From contig JBIPSI010000016.1 in the NCBI GenBank assembly GCA_044070495.1, positions 74,450 to 138,449 on the forward strand: a stretch of DNA of 64,000 nucleotides. Reading direction: 5' to 3'. The stretch comes from Spirulina sp. GTDB taxonomy: Bacteria; Cyanobacteriota; Cyanobacteriia; Phormidesmidales; Phormidesmidaceae. Numbering within the stretch: position 1 is the stretch's first letter; the number at the start of each line of letters is the position of its first letter. The translations under genes and the position numbers were made by a program. Below the pieces are notes generated by a model that ran no database searches, was not told the DNA's origin, and was given only the letters and a program-made list of their open reading frames with translations. This document shows positions 37,088 to 50,452 of this stretch, in pieces.

Positions 37088-38869
37088 TTGACGCGATCGC
37101 AAACCCGATGCCCTTGGGTTGGCTTGGCGCTTGCCTGTCCAGCTATGCTTCAAACCCTGGCAGCCGCTTCTCCTACCAGGGCGCAAATGGTGGAGCGATC
37201 ACTTGATCCCGTCCCTCTGATGCTCTCCCAAGGGGGGCCAGCGCTACCCCGTTTGCCAAACCAGCCGATTCCAGAACCGCCCTTGCCCGACCAGCTGCTG
37301 CCCACCCTGCCCCCGCCGGAGGAACTTCTGCCATCGGCTGAGCCCGCGCCACCAGAAGCACCCCTGGACGGAACCGACGCTACTTTTTTTGTTAGCACTA
37401 TCGAGATTACGGGCAGCACCGTCTTTTCCCAGGCCGATTTGGCTGACCTGGTGGCCCCCTACCTCAACCGGCAGGTCAGTTTTGGGGAACTGCTGGAACT
37501 GCGCAATGCCATTACCGAACGCTACGTTACGGCGGGCTACATTACCTCAGGGGCCATCCTGCCGCCCCAAACCCTAGTGGACGATAGGGTCACGATTCAG
37601 GTGATTGAAGGGGAACTCGAAGACATTGTGGTAGTCGGCTTGAATCGCCTTAGTCCGGCCTATGTCCGCAGCCGCCTGGGGTTGGCTAGTGCCCCTCCCC
37701 TCAATGTGGATCGATTGCTGGCGGGGTTGCAGCGGCTCCAGCTCAATCCCCTGATTGAAACGGTGGCGGCAGACTTGCAGGCGGGCAGTAGAGCGAACCT
37801 CAGCGTGCTGGTGGTCGATTTGGCGGAGGCGGATTCCTTTGCCGTGGATCTGAGTTTGGACAACTACGGGGCGGACAGCACCGGGGTCGGACAGCGCCGA
37901 CTGCTGTTGAGCGAGGGCAATCTTTCGAGCCTGGGCGATCGTATCACCCTGGAGTACGAAAACACCGACGGCAGCAACGGCGTTGATCTCAGCTACACCC
38001 TGCCCGTGAGTCCAAACGGCGATATCCTGCGCTTCAGAGTGGGCTACGCAAACAGCCGGGTCATTGACCCCAATTTTCAGGTGCTCGACATTTCCTCCAG
38101 CAGTGTTTACTACGACCTGGGCTATCGCCATACCCTGATCGAAACCCCCACCGAAGAACTCACCCTGGGCCTCACCCTATCCCATCAGCACAGCCAAACC
38201 CGCCTGGGCCTAGACAACATTGGCCCCTTTCCCCTCTCCCCAGGGGCCGACCGTGATGGCATCACCCGCATCACGGCCCTGCGCTTCTCCCAACAGTGGA
38301 CCCAGCGCAGCCAGACCCATGTGCTGGCCTTTCGTTCCCAATTCAGCCTGGGGCTAGATTGGCTCAACGCCACCGTCAACCCCACTGGCCCCGACAGCCG
38401 CTTTCTGGCCTGGCGCGGTCAGGGCCAGTGGCTCCAACGCTTTGGCCCCGATACCCTGCTGCTGCTGCGGGGCGACGCCCAACTGGCGAGCAATGACCTG
38501 CTATCGCCCGAGAAATTTGGCCTGGGCGGTGCCCAGAGCGTGCGCGGCTATGGGCGAGATGTGCTGCTGCGCGACAGTGGGGTGCTGCTCTCGGCAGAGT
38601 TGCGATCGCCCATCGCCCGCATTCCAGAACTGGATAGCACTCTCCAGATCATTCCGTTTCTGGATGCTGGGGTGGCCTGGAGTGTAAACGATGACTTGTC
38701 CTCTGGCCCTAACACCTTGATTGGCACTGGACTGGGCCTACTTTGGCAGCAGGGCGATCGCCTCTCCATGCGAGTCGATCTGAGTCTTCCCCTTGTACCC
38801 CTGGCTGAAGATAGAAACGTTTTCCAAAACAGCCGTATCTATGGTTCAGTTCGGTACGCACTCTTCTGA
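37088..38869 (+). CDS. ShlB/FhaC/HecB (TpsB) outer-membrane transporter
   Basis: POTRA Y..AGYITSGA, VIEG; GGAQSVRGY barrel motif; C-terminal Phe. Confidence 0.93.
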   Translation: MTRSQTRCPWVGLALACPAMLQTLAAASPTRAQMVERSLDPVPLMLSQGGPALPRLPNQPIPEPPLPDQLLPTLPPPEELLPSAEPAPPEAPLDGTDATFFVSTIEITGSTVFSQADLADLVAPYLNRQVSFGELLELRNAITERYVTAGYITSGAILPPQTLVDDRVTIQVIEGELEDIVVVGLNRLSPAYVRSRLGLASAPPLNVDRLLAGLQRLQLNPLIETVAADLQAGSRANLSVLVVDLAEADSFAVDLSLDNYGADSTGVGQRRLLLSEGNLSSLGDRITLEYENTDGSNGVDLSYTLPVSPNGDILRFRVGYANSRVIDPNFQVLDISSSSVYYDLGYRHTLIETPTEELTLGLTLSHQHSQTRLGLDNIGPFPLSPGADRDGITRITALRFSQQWTQRSQTHVLAFRSQFSLGLDWLNATVNPTGPDSRFLAWRGQGQWLQRFGPDTLLLLRGDAQLASNDLLSPEKFGLGGAQSVRGYGRDVLLRDSGVLLSAELRSPIARIPELDSTLQIIPFLDAGVAWSVNDDLSSGPNTLIGTGLGLLWQQGDRLSMRVDLSLPLVPLAEDRNVFQNSRIYGSVRYALF

Positions 38870-38990
38870 GGAGAACGTTGGCTGTAGTTGCTCCACTCAA
38901 ATTAAGCGCCAGGACAGGGAGTCACTGGCTCAGCATTGGATTAGGTCTGCGATGGTTAAAGACCGGCTTGCGGCCATCGCCGCGTAGTCC

Positions 38991-40694
38991 TCAAGATGAA
39001 CAGCTATAGTGCGCCACGCCACCAACATCAGAAAACGCCCTCGGTCTTAGGCGATAGTATTTATCTTCTATTTCTTGTGATTGCTCATCATATGGATAGC
39101 TAAATACGGCTTGCAACTCTTTAACTAAGGTGTAGTCACCCTGCATGGCTCGTTGGTAGGCGGGGACAACTAACCACTCTCGCCATGTGTATTTCGGGTT
39201 CGTCTGTTTCATATTTGCTGATATCTCAGCCAAATTGCCATCGTTAACGACGAGGTCGCGCCAGCTTTTTAGCCAAGCTTGCCATTGTTCATCGAGTTGT
39301 TGTGACGTTTTACCATAGAAGCTCTTTTTTAATGGTGAGACATCGTCTGGTATATGGGATAACTCGCGAAAGAAAATGGTGTAATCCACCTCTGAGTGGG
39401 TCATTAACTGCACTAATGTCTTAAATAGCTCTGGGTTAAATTCAGTCAAACCAAGTTTGGTCGCCCACATTTTTTGGATTTGTTGTTGCATAGCTTCTGC
39501 AAAGCCACGGCCTACTTGGTCAAACTGTTCTAAAGCGTCAGTATCTTCTGCCAGTAAAGGTCTCACAGCTTTCCAAAACATATAATAATTTGCTTCTGCT
39601 GCGATGGGCTGATTGAAGAATGCAAAATGTTTGCCGCCGCCCGTCCAAGGTTGAAACCAAGGGTCGAAAGTTTCACAAAACCCAAAAGGGCCATAGTCGA
39701 GGGTAAAGCCACCAGCGGCGCAGTTATCACTATTAAAATTACCCTGGCAGTAACCAACCCGTAGCCAATTGGCCACCAGGGTCGTAAGACGTTGGCGAAA
39801 TAACTTAGCTAACTCAACCAATTGATCGGCAAAACCAAGAGTTTGATTAATATCGCTTTTGTATTCTCGCTCAATTAAATGCGACACAATCATGCGCAAC
39901 TCTTCTAATGCTTTTGGGTGAGCATGGCTGCGAGCGCGGCGGGCAAATAACTCTAGCTGACCAACGCGCAAAAAGGAGGGTGCAACGCGAGTTGAAATAG
40001 CTACAGGATTGTCCACCAAAACATCAGGGTCAATAGAGTAGGAGTCTTGGGAATACCAAGGCCGGGTAACGGTCTCAGATTTAGAAACATACAGGGTCAA
40101 AGAGCGCGATGTTGGCACACCTAAAGCCTGCATATAGTCTTGGGCTAGAAACTCACGCACACTTGACCGGAGTACTGCACGCCCGTCGGCACCACGGCAA
40201 TAAGGCGTTGGGCCACCCCCTTTCAATTGCATTTCCCAGCGCTGGCCACTAATGATTCCTTCAAATACAGATATTGCCCTACCATCGCCATAACCATTAC
40301 CCGTACCGAATGGACAATTTTGGAGATATTCGGTGCCATAAATCGACAGGGCATAACCCGTCGCCCAGCCAACCTGACGCATAGGCCCATGGGCCGCAGA
40401 GAGGTCACCAGAAAATACCTGGCAAAATTTTTCATCAAGCACTAGCTCATCGCTCAACCCAAGTTCCTTAAAAAAAGTGCTGCTATGGGCTACATATTCT
40501 GGTTCTGCCAGCGGTGTAGGCGTCACAGGTACGAAATGACCGGAGAAAACTTGGCGAGCACGGTGATCATCACCATCAACCGTAGCGTTAGGGTCGGCAT
40601 TTAAGGTGTCCATCAGAGAATAATCCGCCAATTGCACAAACTCATCGAAGGTCGTTACGCAGTGCTCAGTGGGTGGTTTAGATAGATAGGACAT
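38991..40694 (-). CDS. selO: Protein adenylyltransferase SelO/YdiU
   Basis: [48 protein letters not shown]-terminal SCSS. Confidence 0.93.
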   Translation of the reverse strand: MSYLSKPPTEHCVTTFDEFVQLADYSLMDTLNADPNATVDGDDHRARQVFSGHFVPVTPTPLAEPEYVAHSSTFFKELGLSDELVLDEKFCQVFSGDLSAAHGPMRQVGWATGYALSIYGTEYLQNCPFGTGNGYGDGRAISVFEGIISGQRWEMQLKGGGPTPYCRGADGRAVLRSSVREFLAQDYMQALGVPTSRSLTLYVSKSETVTRPWYSQDSYSIDPDVLVDNPVAISTRVAPSFLRVGQLELFARRARSHAHPKALEELRMIVSHLIEREYKSDINQTLGFADQLVELAKLFRQRLTTLVANWLRVGYCQGNFNSDNCAAGGFTLDYGPFGFCETFDPWFQPWTGGGKHFAFFNQPIAAEANYYMFWKAVRPLLAEDTDALEQFDQVGRGFAEAMQQQIQKMWATKLGLTEFNPELFKTLVQLMTHSEVDYTIFFRELSHIPDDVSPLKKSFYGKTSQQLDEQWQAWLKSWRDLVVNDGNLAEISANMKQTNPKYTWREWLVVPAYQRAMQGDYTLVKELQAVFSYPYDEQSQEIEDKYYRLRPRAFSDVGGVAHYSCSS

Positions 40695-41275
40695 TGTTGT
40701 TAGCGCCGGTATTGTTGGAAAAGATTCATGTTTAAGTCAGGACTTTGCAGATGCTAGCATATTAAATGTGGAGCTTTTCCCTGTCCGACTAATCGACTTG
40801 TTAGTAGGCTACGGAAAGGCATTCTGGCTCTCGGCGTAAGAAGATCCTAGATCAAGTGCGTAATTCCCATAAAGCACTACTCCTATCGAGCAGAGCAAAC
40901 CTATGCGCAAGAGTTCGGCTCACTATTTCGGCATCGAGCACATTTAGCCAACACATATCCTCGAAATAGCAGCGTGCTTCTCTCACTTCACTCACCCATT
41001 CTTTGGGAGGGCTGACACCTAAAACGGGGGCTAATTCGCTAATCCTTCGGCAACCCTGTGGGCACTGTAGCTGACCTACATCAGGCAGCCTATTGCGCGT
41101 GATCGCAGGGGCAGTCGCAGTTACACCACGATATCTTGATCCTGTTCAACGCATGGCAAGCGCCCACAACTACCATCGGGTAATGCGGGCTGGCGTGGGA
41201 GGGAACACCATAGACAAAACCGGGACGCACAGTCATTGCACATCCCGGTTAGAAAGTCTTAACTCGTTTCAAGCC

Positions 41276-41419
41276 TTACATCAAGCCGATCTGAGACAGA
41301 ATGCCTTGGCCCGTCAGAAGCTCGGTAGCGACGCCAATCACAAAGCCCAGCATAGCTAGACGACCATTCCAAGTCTCTGCAAAGTTGACAAACCCGAACT
41401 TGCCTTCGTTACCGTCCAT
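41276..41419 (-). CDS. hli: High-light-inducible protein (Hli/SCP), 47 aa
   Basis: GFVNFAETWNGRLAMLGFVIGVATELLTGQGIL. Confidence 0.95.
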   Translation of the reverse strand: MDGNEGKFGFVNFAETWNGRLAMLGFVIGVATELLTGQGILSQIGLM

Positions 41420-41463
41420 AATCGTTAATCTCCGGAAGTGCAAAAGCTTTTTTGATTCAAGCT

Positions 41464-41481
41464 TCTGTAACAAATTGTAAC
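41464..41481 (-). promoter_or_regulatory. HLR1 (RpaB-binding) direct repeat upstream of hli
   Basis: Minus strand GTTACAAT-TT-GTTACAGA. Confidence 0.8.
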
Positions 41482-41992
41482 ACATGGAGCCTGGCATGGC
41501 CAGAAGTGTATCAACTTTTAGCAATAGCTCAGTCTTTTTGATGTCCCAAACCCCTTGCTGGCTCTAGCTTGAATCCGCTTGCATCTCACCTGATCGGTGC
41601 CGGGGCTATAGATCACGTAGGAGGGCTGGCCTGAGCGGCCTACATTACCCACCCCACCCCCCGGCGAGGGGACTTTTCCTGTTCCTGGGGGGATAAGTCA
41701 GGGTCAACTCTTAAGTTTAAATTAAGAACCCATCGGCCTGGGGGTTTTCACGGTATCAAAGGGATACTACTAATAATATTTTTTGTCATTAACTGCCTTC
41801 ATTTAGCCCATGGCCTAACCTGAGCTTTCCATTTCCCCCAGGCGCAGCACTACCTGCCTGGGCCAAGAATCCGGCTTAGGCAATCTCAATGCAGATGGCC
41901 AGGGTTGTGGGGCTAGGCAAGATCGCAGCCCGTCTAAATCATTTAATCGAAAGATCGCTTTTTAGCGATTAAGTGATACTATTTCTTTAGTA

Positions 41993-42027
41993 AATGAGAA
42001 AAATTCCTGACAAAATGCTTTCTCAAC
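41993..42027. promoter_or_regulatory. Fur-box-like sites upstream of feoA
   Basis: AATGAGAAAAATTCC and AATGCTTTCTCAA half sites. Confidence 0.55.
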
Positions 42028-42045
42028 CGTGACACTGGAGTCCCC

Positions 42046-42726
42046 ATGGAACTCAATTCGCTCAACACCGCCTCACGTGCTGTACGGGAGATCGAATCCC
42101 CATGCATTACCTTCGTGGGCGGCACCGCCGATTTAGGCGACCCCCTTGCTCCAAACCACGATTTTGCGCAGTCCCCCAATTCTGGGGAGGCGCGATTACC
42201 CCTGACGATGATGGCCATCGGCGACCGCGTCTGGATCGTCGAAATCAAGGGTGGCCATCGCATGGTGCGCCGTCTCACCGATCTAGGCCTCACCCAGGGC
42301 AGCGAAATCACCATCGTCAGCCGCACCGAGAGTGGCTCTGTGATCGTCGGCTTCCAAGGCTGTCGCATTGGCTTAGGCGCGGGCATCTCCCATCGAGTCT
42401 TGGTGACAACAACTCAACGGGAGATATCGCCAACCGCGACCCGGCCAGCACCAGCACAGCCTGTAAATGGAGATTTAATCATGCCAGAACCCCTGCACCT
42501 TGGGGCTCTAGCGGTGGGCCAATCCGGCCACATCGTTGGCTACGAAAACGCACATCGCGCCTACCGCGAAAAACTGCTGTCCATGGGCCTCACCCCCGGC
42601 ACCCACTTCACCGTCACCCGCCAAGCCCCCCTGGGCGACCCCATCGAAGTTGAAGTGCGCGGCTACAAACTCAGCCTCCGCAAGGGGGAAGCCGCCGCCC
42701 TGAAGGTGGAGCTTTTGGGGGAATGA
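42046..42726 (+). CDS. feoA: FeoA with two FeoA domains
   Basis: RRLTDLGLTQGSEI and KLLSMGLTPG...APLGDPIEVEVRGYKLSLRK. Confidence 0.92.
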   Translation: MELNSLNTASRAVREIESPCITFVGGTADLGDPLAPNHDFAQSPNSGEARLPLTMMAIGDRVWIVEIKGGHRMVRRLTDLGLTQGSEITIVSRTESGSVIVGFQGCRIGLGAGISHRVLVTTTQREISPTATRPAPAQPVNGDLIMPEPLHLGALAVGQSGHIVGYENAHRAYREKLLSMGLTPGTHFTVTRQAPLGDPIEVEVRGYKLSLRKGEAAALKVELLGE

Positions 42727-42772
42727 GGTTACTGAGTTACCACCCATCCTCAACGTAGACCTTACTGGGGAT

Positions 42773-42806
42773 GGATCCCCCCTAGCCCCCCTTAGGAAGG
42801 GGGGGA
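42773..42806 (+). repeat. Short dispersed palindromic repeat (CCCCCTT..AAGGGGG family)
   Basis: GGATCCCCCCTAGCCCCCCTTAGGAAGGGGGGG; further copies at 45230-45262 (inverted) and 45284-45316. Confidence 0.75.
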
Positions 42807-42872
42807 CTGGATTTGAGAATCCCTTCACCCCCTCATCTCTTCACCCTTCACTCCATTACCCCCATTTATGCC

Positions 42873-45215
<2,343 letters not shown>

Positions 45216-45229
45216 TCCTCGGATTCAAA

Positions 45230-45393
45230 GTCCCCCTTTCCAAGGGGGATTTAGGGGGATCTCCTTGCTAGGTCACTGAGATCGGATCCCCCCTAGCCCC
45301 CCTTGTAAAGGGGGGAATCGGATTCAAAGCAGAACCCAACAATCCCGAAATTCTCAGCGGGTGTTGGGTTCCGCTCCGCTTCACCCAACCTAC
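45230..45393. repeat. Cluster of dispersed palindromes plus a GTAG-type REP
   Basis: Two CCCCCTT/AAGGGGG repeats; minus strand GTAGGTTGGGTGAAGCGGAGCGGAACCCAAC at 45363-45393. Confidence 0.7.
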
Positions 45394-45599
45394 TTTGGAG
45401 AGGTATCAGGCAAGCAGGATTTCGAGTATTAATGAGAGCCATTTCTAGCTTTAGATATTGATCCTCGTTCTAAACATAAAATTCAATCTAGAACTCAATC
45501 TTATTAACGCTCATCACATCAATTCTCGATATCAACTTCTGCCAAATCTTGCCCTTTGTTACCCAGAATTATTCCTCTCAAATCCTGCTTTATAGCCCT

Positions 45600-45851
45600 A
45601 TGCTGACCGACATTCAAACCTATATTGCTAACCACGGCACCGTATCCCTGGCCGATCTGTCGCTACATTTCCATACCGACAGCCAAGCCCTACAGCCCAT
45701 GCTAAATCGACTGGTGCGAAAAGGTCGCCTGCGCCGCCTGCCTGCCCCCACCAAATGTGGAGACTGCACCTGCTGCGATTTCAGCCAACTGGAATGTTAT
45801 GAGTGGTTGCAAGAAAATAGAAGCCATTCCCATGAAGCCAATCACCTATGA
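45600..45851 (+). CDS. feoC: FeoC-like winged-helix Fe-S protein
   Basis: SLADLSLHF...MLNRLVRKGRL...CGDCTCC...CYEW. Confidence 0.85.
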   Translation: MLTDIQTYIANHGTVSLADLSLHFHTDSQALQPMLNRLVRKGRLRRLPAPTKCGDCTCCDFSQLECYEWLQENRSHSHEANHL

Positions 45852-46027
45852 CTAAGCCTAGGTTAAGCAGTAGAATGGTTGAAGAGAGTGCCTTCAATCA
45901 CCTTGTTTAGCCATCCTTTTTAGTCCATCGCTAAACAAAGTCAAAATTTTCTTCGCCATGGAGAATTGATAGATTGCACCCATAAACCGCAAGTTTAAAC
46001 TTGCCTTGGCCCAAGGAGACGATAACC

Positions 46028-46348
46028 ATGCTCAATCCCCATCACACCCCCGTCAGCCTAAGAACACGGGTGGCCGAACTCGCCAGCCATCCCAGTGCCA
46101 AAACCTTAGCCATTGGGGTCGCTGCGGTGGCCATCACGCCCATTGTGTTGCCCCTGGTAAAGCCTGCCCTCAAGGCCACCATCAAATCCGGCGTTACCCT
46201 CTACGAACGGGCAAAAATTGCCGTGGCCGAAACCGCTGAAGCCCTCGCCGATGTCGCCGCCGAAGCCAGAGCCGAAGTTCGCGGCGACGTCCATCCCCCC
46301 ACCAGTCTGCCCGCCGCCGCACCGACTGAGCCTGCCCCAGCGGAATAA
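46028..46348 (+). CDS. DUF5132 family protein
   Basis: KPALKATIKSGVTLYE...AETAEALADVAAEARAE. Confidence 0.8.
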   Translation: MLNPHHTPVSLRTRVAELASHPSAKTLAIGVAAVAITPIVLPLVKPALKATIKSGVTLYERAKIAVAETAEALADVAAEARAEVRGDVHPPTSLPAAAPTEPAPAE

Positions 46349-46378
46349 GGCTGGACGCTCCCCGCCCGATCAACCACC

Positions 46379-46508
46379 CTGATTGACTGACGAAAGTTGT
46401 TGCATCGGGCGCGGCAACCTCGCCCCTACCGTATTTGGATAACGTAGGGGGCAGGTCTCCTGACCCTTGAACAAATCTAGGTTCTGGCACGTTTTGTCAG
46501 CCAATCAG
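46379..46508. mobile_element. Second 130-bp MITE copy (diverged, no visible target duplication)
   Basis: CTGATTGACTGACGAAA...TTTTGTCAGCCAATCAG; internal GCCCCTAC..TTTGGATAA.GTAGGGG.CAGGTCTCCTGACCCTT as in 24700-24829. Confidence 0.8.
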
Positions 46509-46673
46509 CCAGCGGTTTGTTCAGGAATCGAGATCTACGCCCCATCCCCATCACAAACGCCGTCGATACTTCCTGGATTTCCGGGGCATCGGCGGCGTTG
46601 TCGTTGAAATGTCTTGGCAATGGTTTGCTCGGTGCGTGGATTTAGGTTGCGCCCTAGGAAAAATTGCGCTGGC

Positions 46674-47002
46674 CTAGGCTGCCCACCGATCCGAGTTTGA
46701 GGATGGGGCCACCGTCAGCGTGGGTCGTTCGGGTTTGGCCGCCACGGATAGGGTCGGCGCTTCTGAGGCGGAATGGCCCTGCTTTTTAAGCTGAAGGATC
46801 ACCTGACGAGTGGCGGCGGCAATGGCAATGTTCACCAGCAGCGCCGTGCCCCCCGCAACCGCAGCTGAGTCGTCACCAACAGCCCCGTCACCACGGGCAG
46901 AATGGTGGCAATTTCGCTGTACTCCTCCAACCAACGACCTAGTTGAGAATAGCTTTCGTTAGTGGTTGGTGTAGTACTCCCGGCAGCTTGCGATAGCGTC
47001 AT
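46674..47002 (-). pseudogene. Frameshifted remnant of a membrane protein (HMA2-associated type)
   Basis: MTLSQ...WLEEYSEIATILPVVTGLLVTTQLRLRG, frameshift in a G6 run, then GTALLVNIAIAAATRQVI. Confidence 0.45.
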
Positions 47003-47239
47003 GATCAATCCTTAGCCTTTCCTTAGGGAACAGCCCTAATCGTACCCCCGCATTATCGGCAGATTTATCATTAAATGCAGATAATTCCTATCTAAAATTA
47101 ATAATCCGCCAACGTTCAGAAGGCGTACCCCCCCTAACCCGTCTGCTTCCAAATGCCTCCCACTTGGCTAGATAGAATGGAGTTATAGAACCGTAGGGGC
47201 AAGGTTTCCTTACCCTTCTAGCATTTTGAGGATATCGCC

Positions 47240-47893
47240 ATGCAAGATTCCCTCGCCGCCGCCCTCACCGAAGCCCTGCAAGACGAATACAAAGCCTGCG
47301 CCACCTATCGCGCTATTTTGGAGTGTTTTGGCCCTGTTCGTCCCTTTATCAATATTTTGTCGGCAGAGGAACGCCACATTCAAGCACTACTGCCCCTGTT
47401 CGAGCGCTACGGCATCCCCATACCGGAAGATCACTGGCCGAGCCAGGTGGTCGTCCCCAATACCCTCGCCCAAGCCTGCGCCGAGGGGGTACAGGCCGAA
47501 ATCGAAAACGGCGCGATGTATGACCGACTGCTGGGCCTCACGGTGGACTATCCCGATGTGCAGCGGGTGTTTCGCAACCTTCAGCGGGCCTCCCAAGAAA
47601 ACCATTTGCCAGCCTTCCAGCGCAGGGCAGAACGCCTCACCCGCCAAACGATCTATCCCCATAGCGCCGAACATCGCCCTGCCCGTGGCCATCCTCATCA
47701 GGGGAACGCCCAGCCCGCCACCCCCCATCACGCCGAATCTCATCATGCTGGACATCAGCCGTCCAGCGTTACCACAGATCTGCGCTCCACGGGCCAAAGG
47801 TGCCGTCAAGGCCAAGGATGGAGGTCTCCTCAGGGCCAGCGGCACGGTCGAGGTGGTCAAAGCGGTCGGCACGGTCGCTCTGGGGGTTGTTAA
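47240..47893 (+). CDS. Ferritin-like domain protein with His/Gly-rich tail
   Basis: EALQDEYKA, AEERH, AEIEN..MYD, ASQENHLPAF di-iron pattern. Confidence 0.85.
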   Translation: MQDSLAAALTEALQDEYKACATYRAILECFGPVRPFINILSAEERHIQALLPLFERYGIPIPEDHWPSQVVVPNTLAQACAEGVQAEIENGAMYDRLLGLTVDYPDVQRVFRNLQRASQENHLPAFQRRAERLTRQTIYPHSAEHRPARGHPHQGNAQPATPHHAESHHAGHQPSSVTTDLRSTGQRCRQGQGWRSPQGQRHGRGGQSGRHGRSGGC

Positions 47894-47969
47894 CCCGTAG
47901 AACAAGGTGGTCGCTGACGAGCTAGGTAGGGCACAGAATGATAGCCCGGTCTAGCTTGAAGCGCATCCA

Positions 47970-49898
47970 TTAGCCCTCCTTGAGCCAATGGGCGTGATGG
48001 GGCAGCCGTGCTTCTGGAGAACCTAAAAACTCAATGCCTCCCTGTTCTAGAACCAGGATTTGGCTGGCGCGATTGAGCACCGAGGGCCGATGGGAAACGG
48101 CTAAACAAGTGGGTAGGTCAGCCATCCGTCGATGGGGCGATAACAAGCGCTCCCACAATTGCTGTTCTGTCTCCACATCCAGGGCGCTGGAGAGATCGTC
48201 AAACACCATCAGGGCGGGCTGGCGCAGAATCATGCGGGCGGCGGCGGCTCGTTGCTTTTGGCCACCGGAAAGGCGAAACCCACGGGTGCCCACCAGCGTA
48301 TCCAGGCCATCGGGTAGTTGGGCAAGGTCTTGGTCAAATACGGCGGTGGCGATGGCTCAATCTAGCGATTCTGAATCAACCGCATCCCCCAGCAGCAGGT
48401 TTTCCCGTAGGGAGGCGCTGAAAAGTTGGGGCATTTGGGGGGTGTAGGCCGCCAGGGGTGGCACCAAGAAATTTGCTGGATCGTCGATGGGCTGGCCATT
48501 CCAGTGCAGTGTCCCGGCTTGCCTCGGCAGCAGCCCCAGCAGCACGCGCAATAGGGTCGTTTTGCCTGCGCCCACTGGCCCTGTGATCACGGTTAGGCTG
48601 CCCGCCGTTAAGGTGAAGCTGATATCGCGGATGCCCCCGCCGCCGGGGTAGCGGTAGGTTAACCCTTCAACCCGTAGCTCTTGAAGGGTACTGGGCATGG
48701 GCTTCGCTGGTGACGGTAGGGCTGGTGCTAGGCCCAGGAGGGGTTTTAGGTAGAGGGGGTGGGGATAAGTGAGGAGGTGAGAGCGTTGGGATGGGCGGGT
48801 TGAGTGGTGATCAGAAGGGTTCGCGAAAGGTGGCCTGTGAGACCTCAACGCTGGAGCCTTAGAGCTTTGCGATGTCAGAGAACTCTGTTTGTCAAACGTC
48901 CGCTGTATGGCAGGGCTGTTCGATGCACGGCCCACCAGCCCTGCCATACGCTCAAAGGAGACTTCGCTTTGCTGGATGGTGGCCATAAAGCCGCCCAGGA
49001 AGGCGAGAAAGTAGGTGACAAAGGAAAGGTAGTAGACAAACAGGGCAAAGTCGCCCACGCTCAGGTCGCCTTGGGCTCCGAGGTGTTGGGAGGCCGCCAG
49101 CAACATGAGTCCGGTGCCGATGCTGACAATGTTTTCAAAACCGGAGTTCAGCATGGCAGAGAACACTTGGTCGCGTACCATCGCATCGCGGCGGTGATCA
49201 CACCTCTCCTGCAATTCCGCCAGCATGGGGGCTTCGGCTCCGGCCACCTTGACGGCCTGCACAGCGGTGAAGAGTTCGCCAATCAATCCGGTCACGCGCT
49301 GGGTCGCTTGGCGACTGGCGTGGCGATAGCGCTTCAGGCGATGTTCGGCCCAGTGGGCCAGGAGGGCGATGGCCGCTAGGGGCACAAACACCAATAGCGT
49401 CATCGTTGGGTTAACGCTAATCAGCAGCGCCACGGAACCCACAGCAAACACTCCGGCGGCAAAGATCTCATTGGTGCCAACGACGACATCCTCAATTTGG
49501 GCCGCATCGTCGCGGAAGTAGCTGAGAATTTCGCCGGGGGAGGCATTGTGGCCATTGGCACCACCCGTGGCCAGTTCGGCCCCAGGACGTTTGAGGAGTT
49601 CATGCAACAGGTTATGCCGCACCAGACCACTGATTAAAAATCGATGCTGGGTCTTGGTAATGCGCCCCACAAAAATGGCCACCACCCGCGCCAACCCCAC
49701 CGCCAACAGCAGCCCAATCCACACCCAGGGTGACCCATCAAAACGGGACTCGCCAGTGAGGCTGTCAAAAAACTCGCGAATGATCAGCCCCGGCACCGCA
49801 GGCAAGCCGAGAATGAACAGCCACAGCAGGGTATCGACCCAGTAGAGCCGCTGGGCATAGCGGATGAGCTGCCAGAGGAGGTGGTGAATGGGAGGCAT
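47970..49898 (-). pseudogene. ABC transporter permease/ATPase with one in-frame TGA at 48357-48359
   Basis: TMD plus GPVGAGKTT; the same frame continues after the stop into AIATAVFDQDL...LSGGQKQR...FDD. Confidence 0.85.
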
Positions 49899-49980
49899 AG
49901 GGGTCGATGGGTAGATTTTTTTGGCTGCTTGACGGAGTTTCTATAATGGCAGAATAGGCTTTATCGTTACGGTCACGCCC

Positions 49981-50421
49981 ATGCAAACCACCACGCTCTA
50001 TGAGCAAGACTTTTACGCCTGGGCTCAGCGTCAAGTCGAGCTATTGCGCTCAGGTCAACTGGGGGAACTAGATATTGACAACCTGATCGAGGAGATAGAA
50101 TCGTTGGGTCGGCGAGAACGGCAAGAGTTGCGTAACTGGATGGGAGTGTTGCTAGGGCATCTGCTCAAATGGCGCTATCAGCCAGAGGCTCGATCTAAAA
50201 GCTGGGCTGCAACCATCCGAGAACAGCGGGAGCGCATTCAAGAGCACTTGGCAGAAAACCCCAGCTTGAAGCCCTATTTAGCTGAAGCAACTCTCAAGGG
50301 CTATCGATCTGGGTTAAACCTGGTAGATAGAGAAACGCCCCTCGACCTTAAACAACTTCCCCAATCTTGTCCCTTCTCCGAAGCAGAAATTTTTGAGGAG
50401 CCAATTGACTGGCCGTCATAG
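49981..50421 (+). CDS. DUF29 family protein
   Basis: LYEQDFYAW, LIEEIESLGR, HLLKWRYQP, NPSLK, LPQSCPF. Confidence 0.93.
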   Translation: MQTTTLYEQDFYAWAQRQVELLRSGQLGELDIDNLIEEIESLGRRERQELRNWMGVLLGHLLKWRYQPEARSKSWAATIREQRERIQEHLAENPSLKPYLAEATLKGYRSGLNLVDRETPLDLKQLPQSCPFSEAEIFEEPIDWPS

Positions 50422-50452
50422 TCACGCGTCACGCGATCGCACGCGGATTCAC

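Noticed and set aside
15122..41800. Integrase-mediated island with an attR copy of the tRNA 3' end
   Set aside because: No integrase and no convincing duplicate of the tRNA 3' end found by eye
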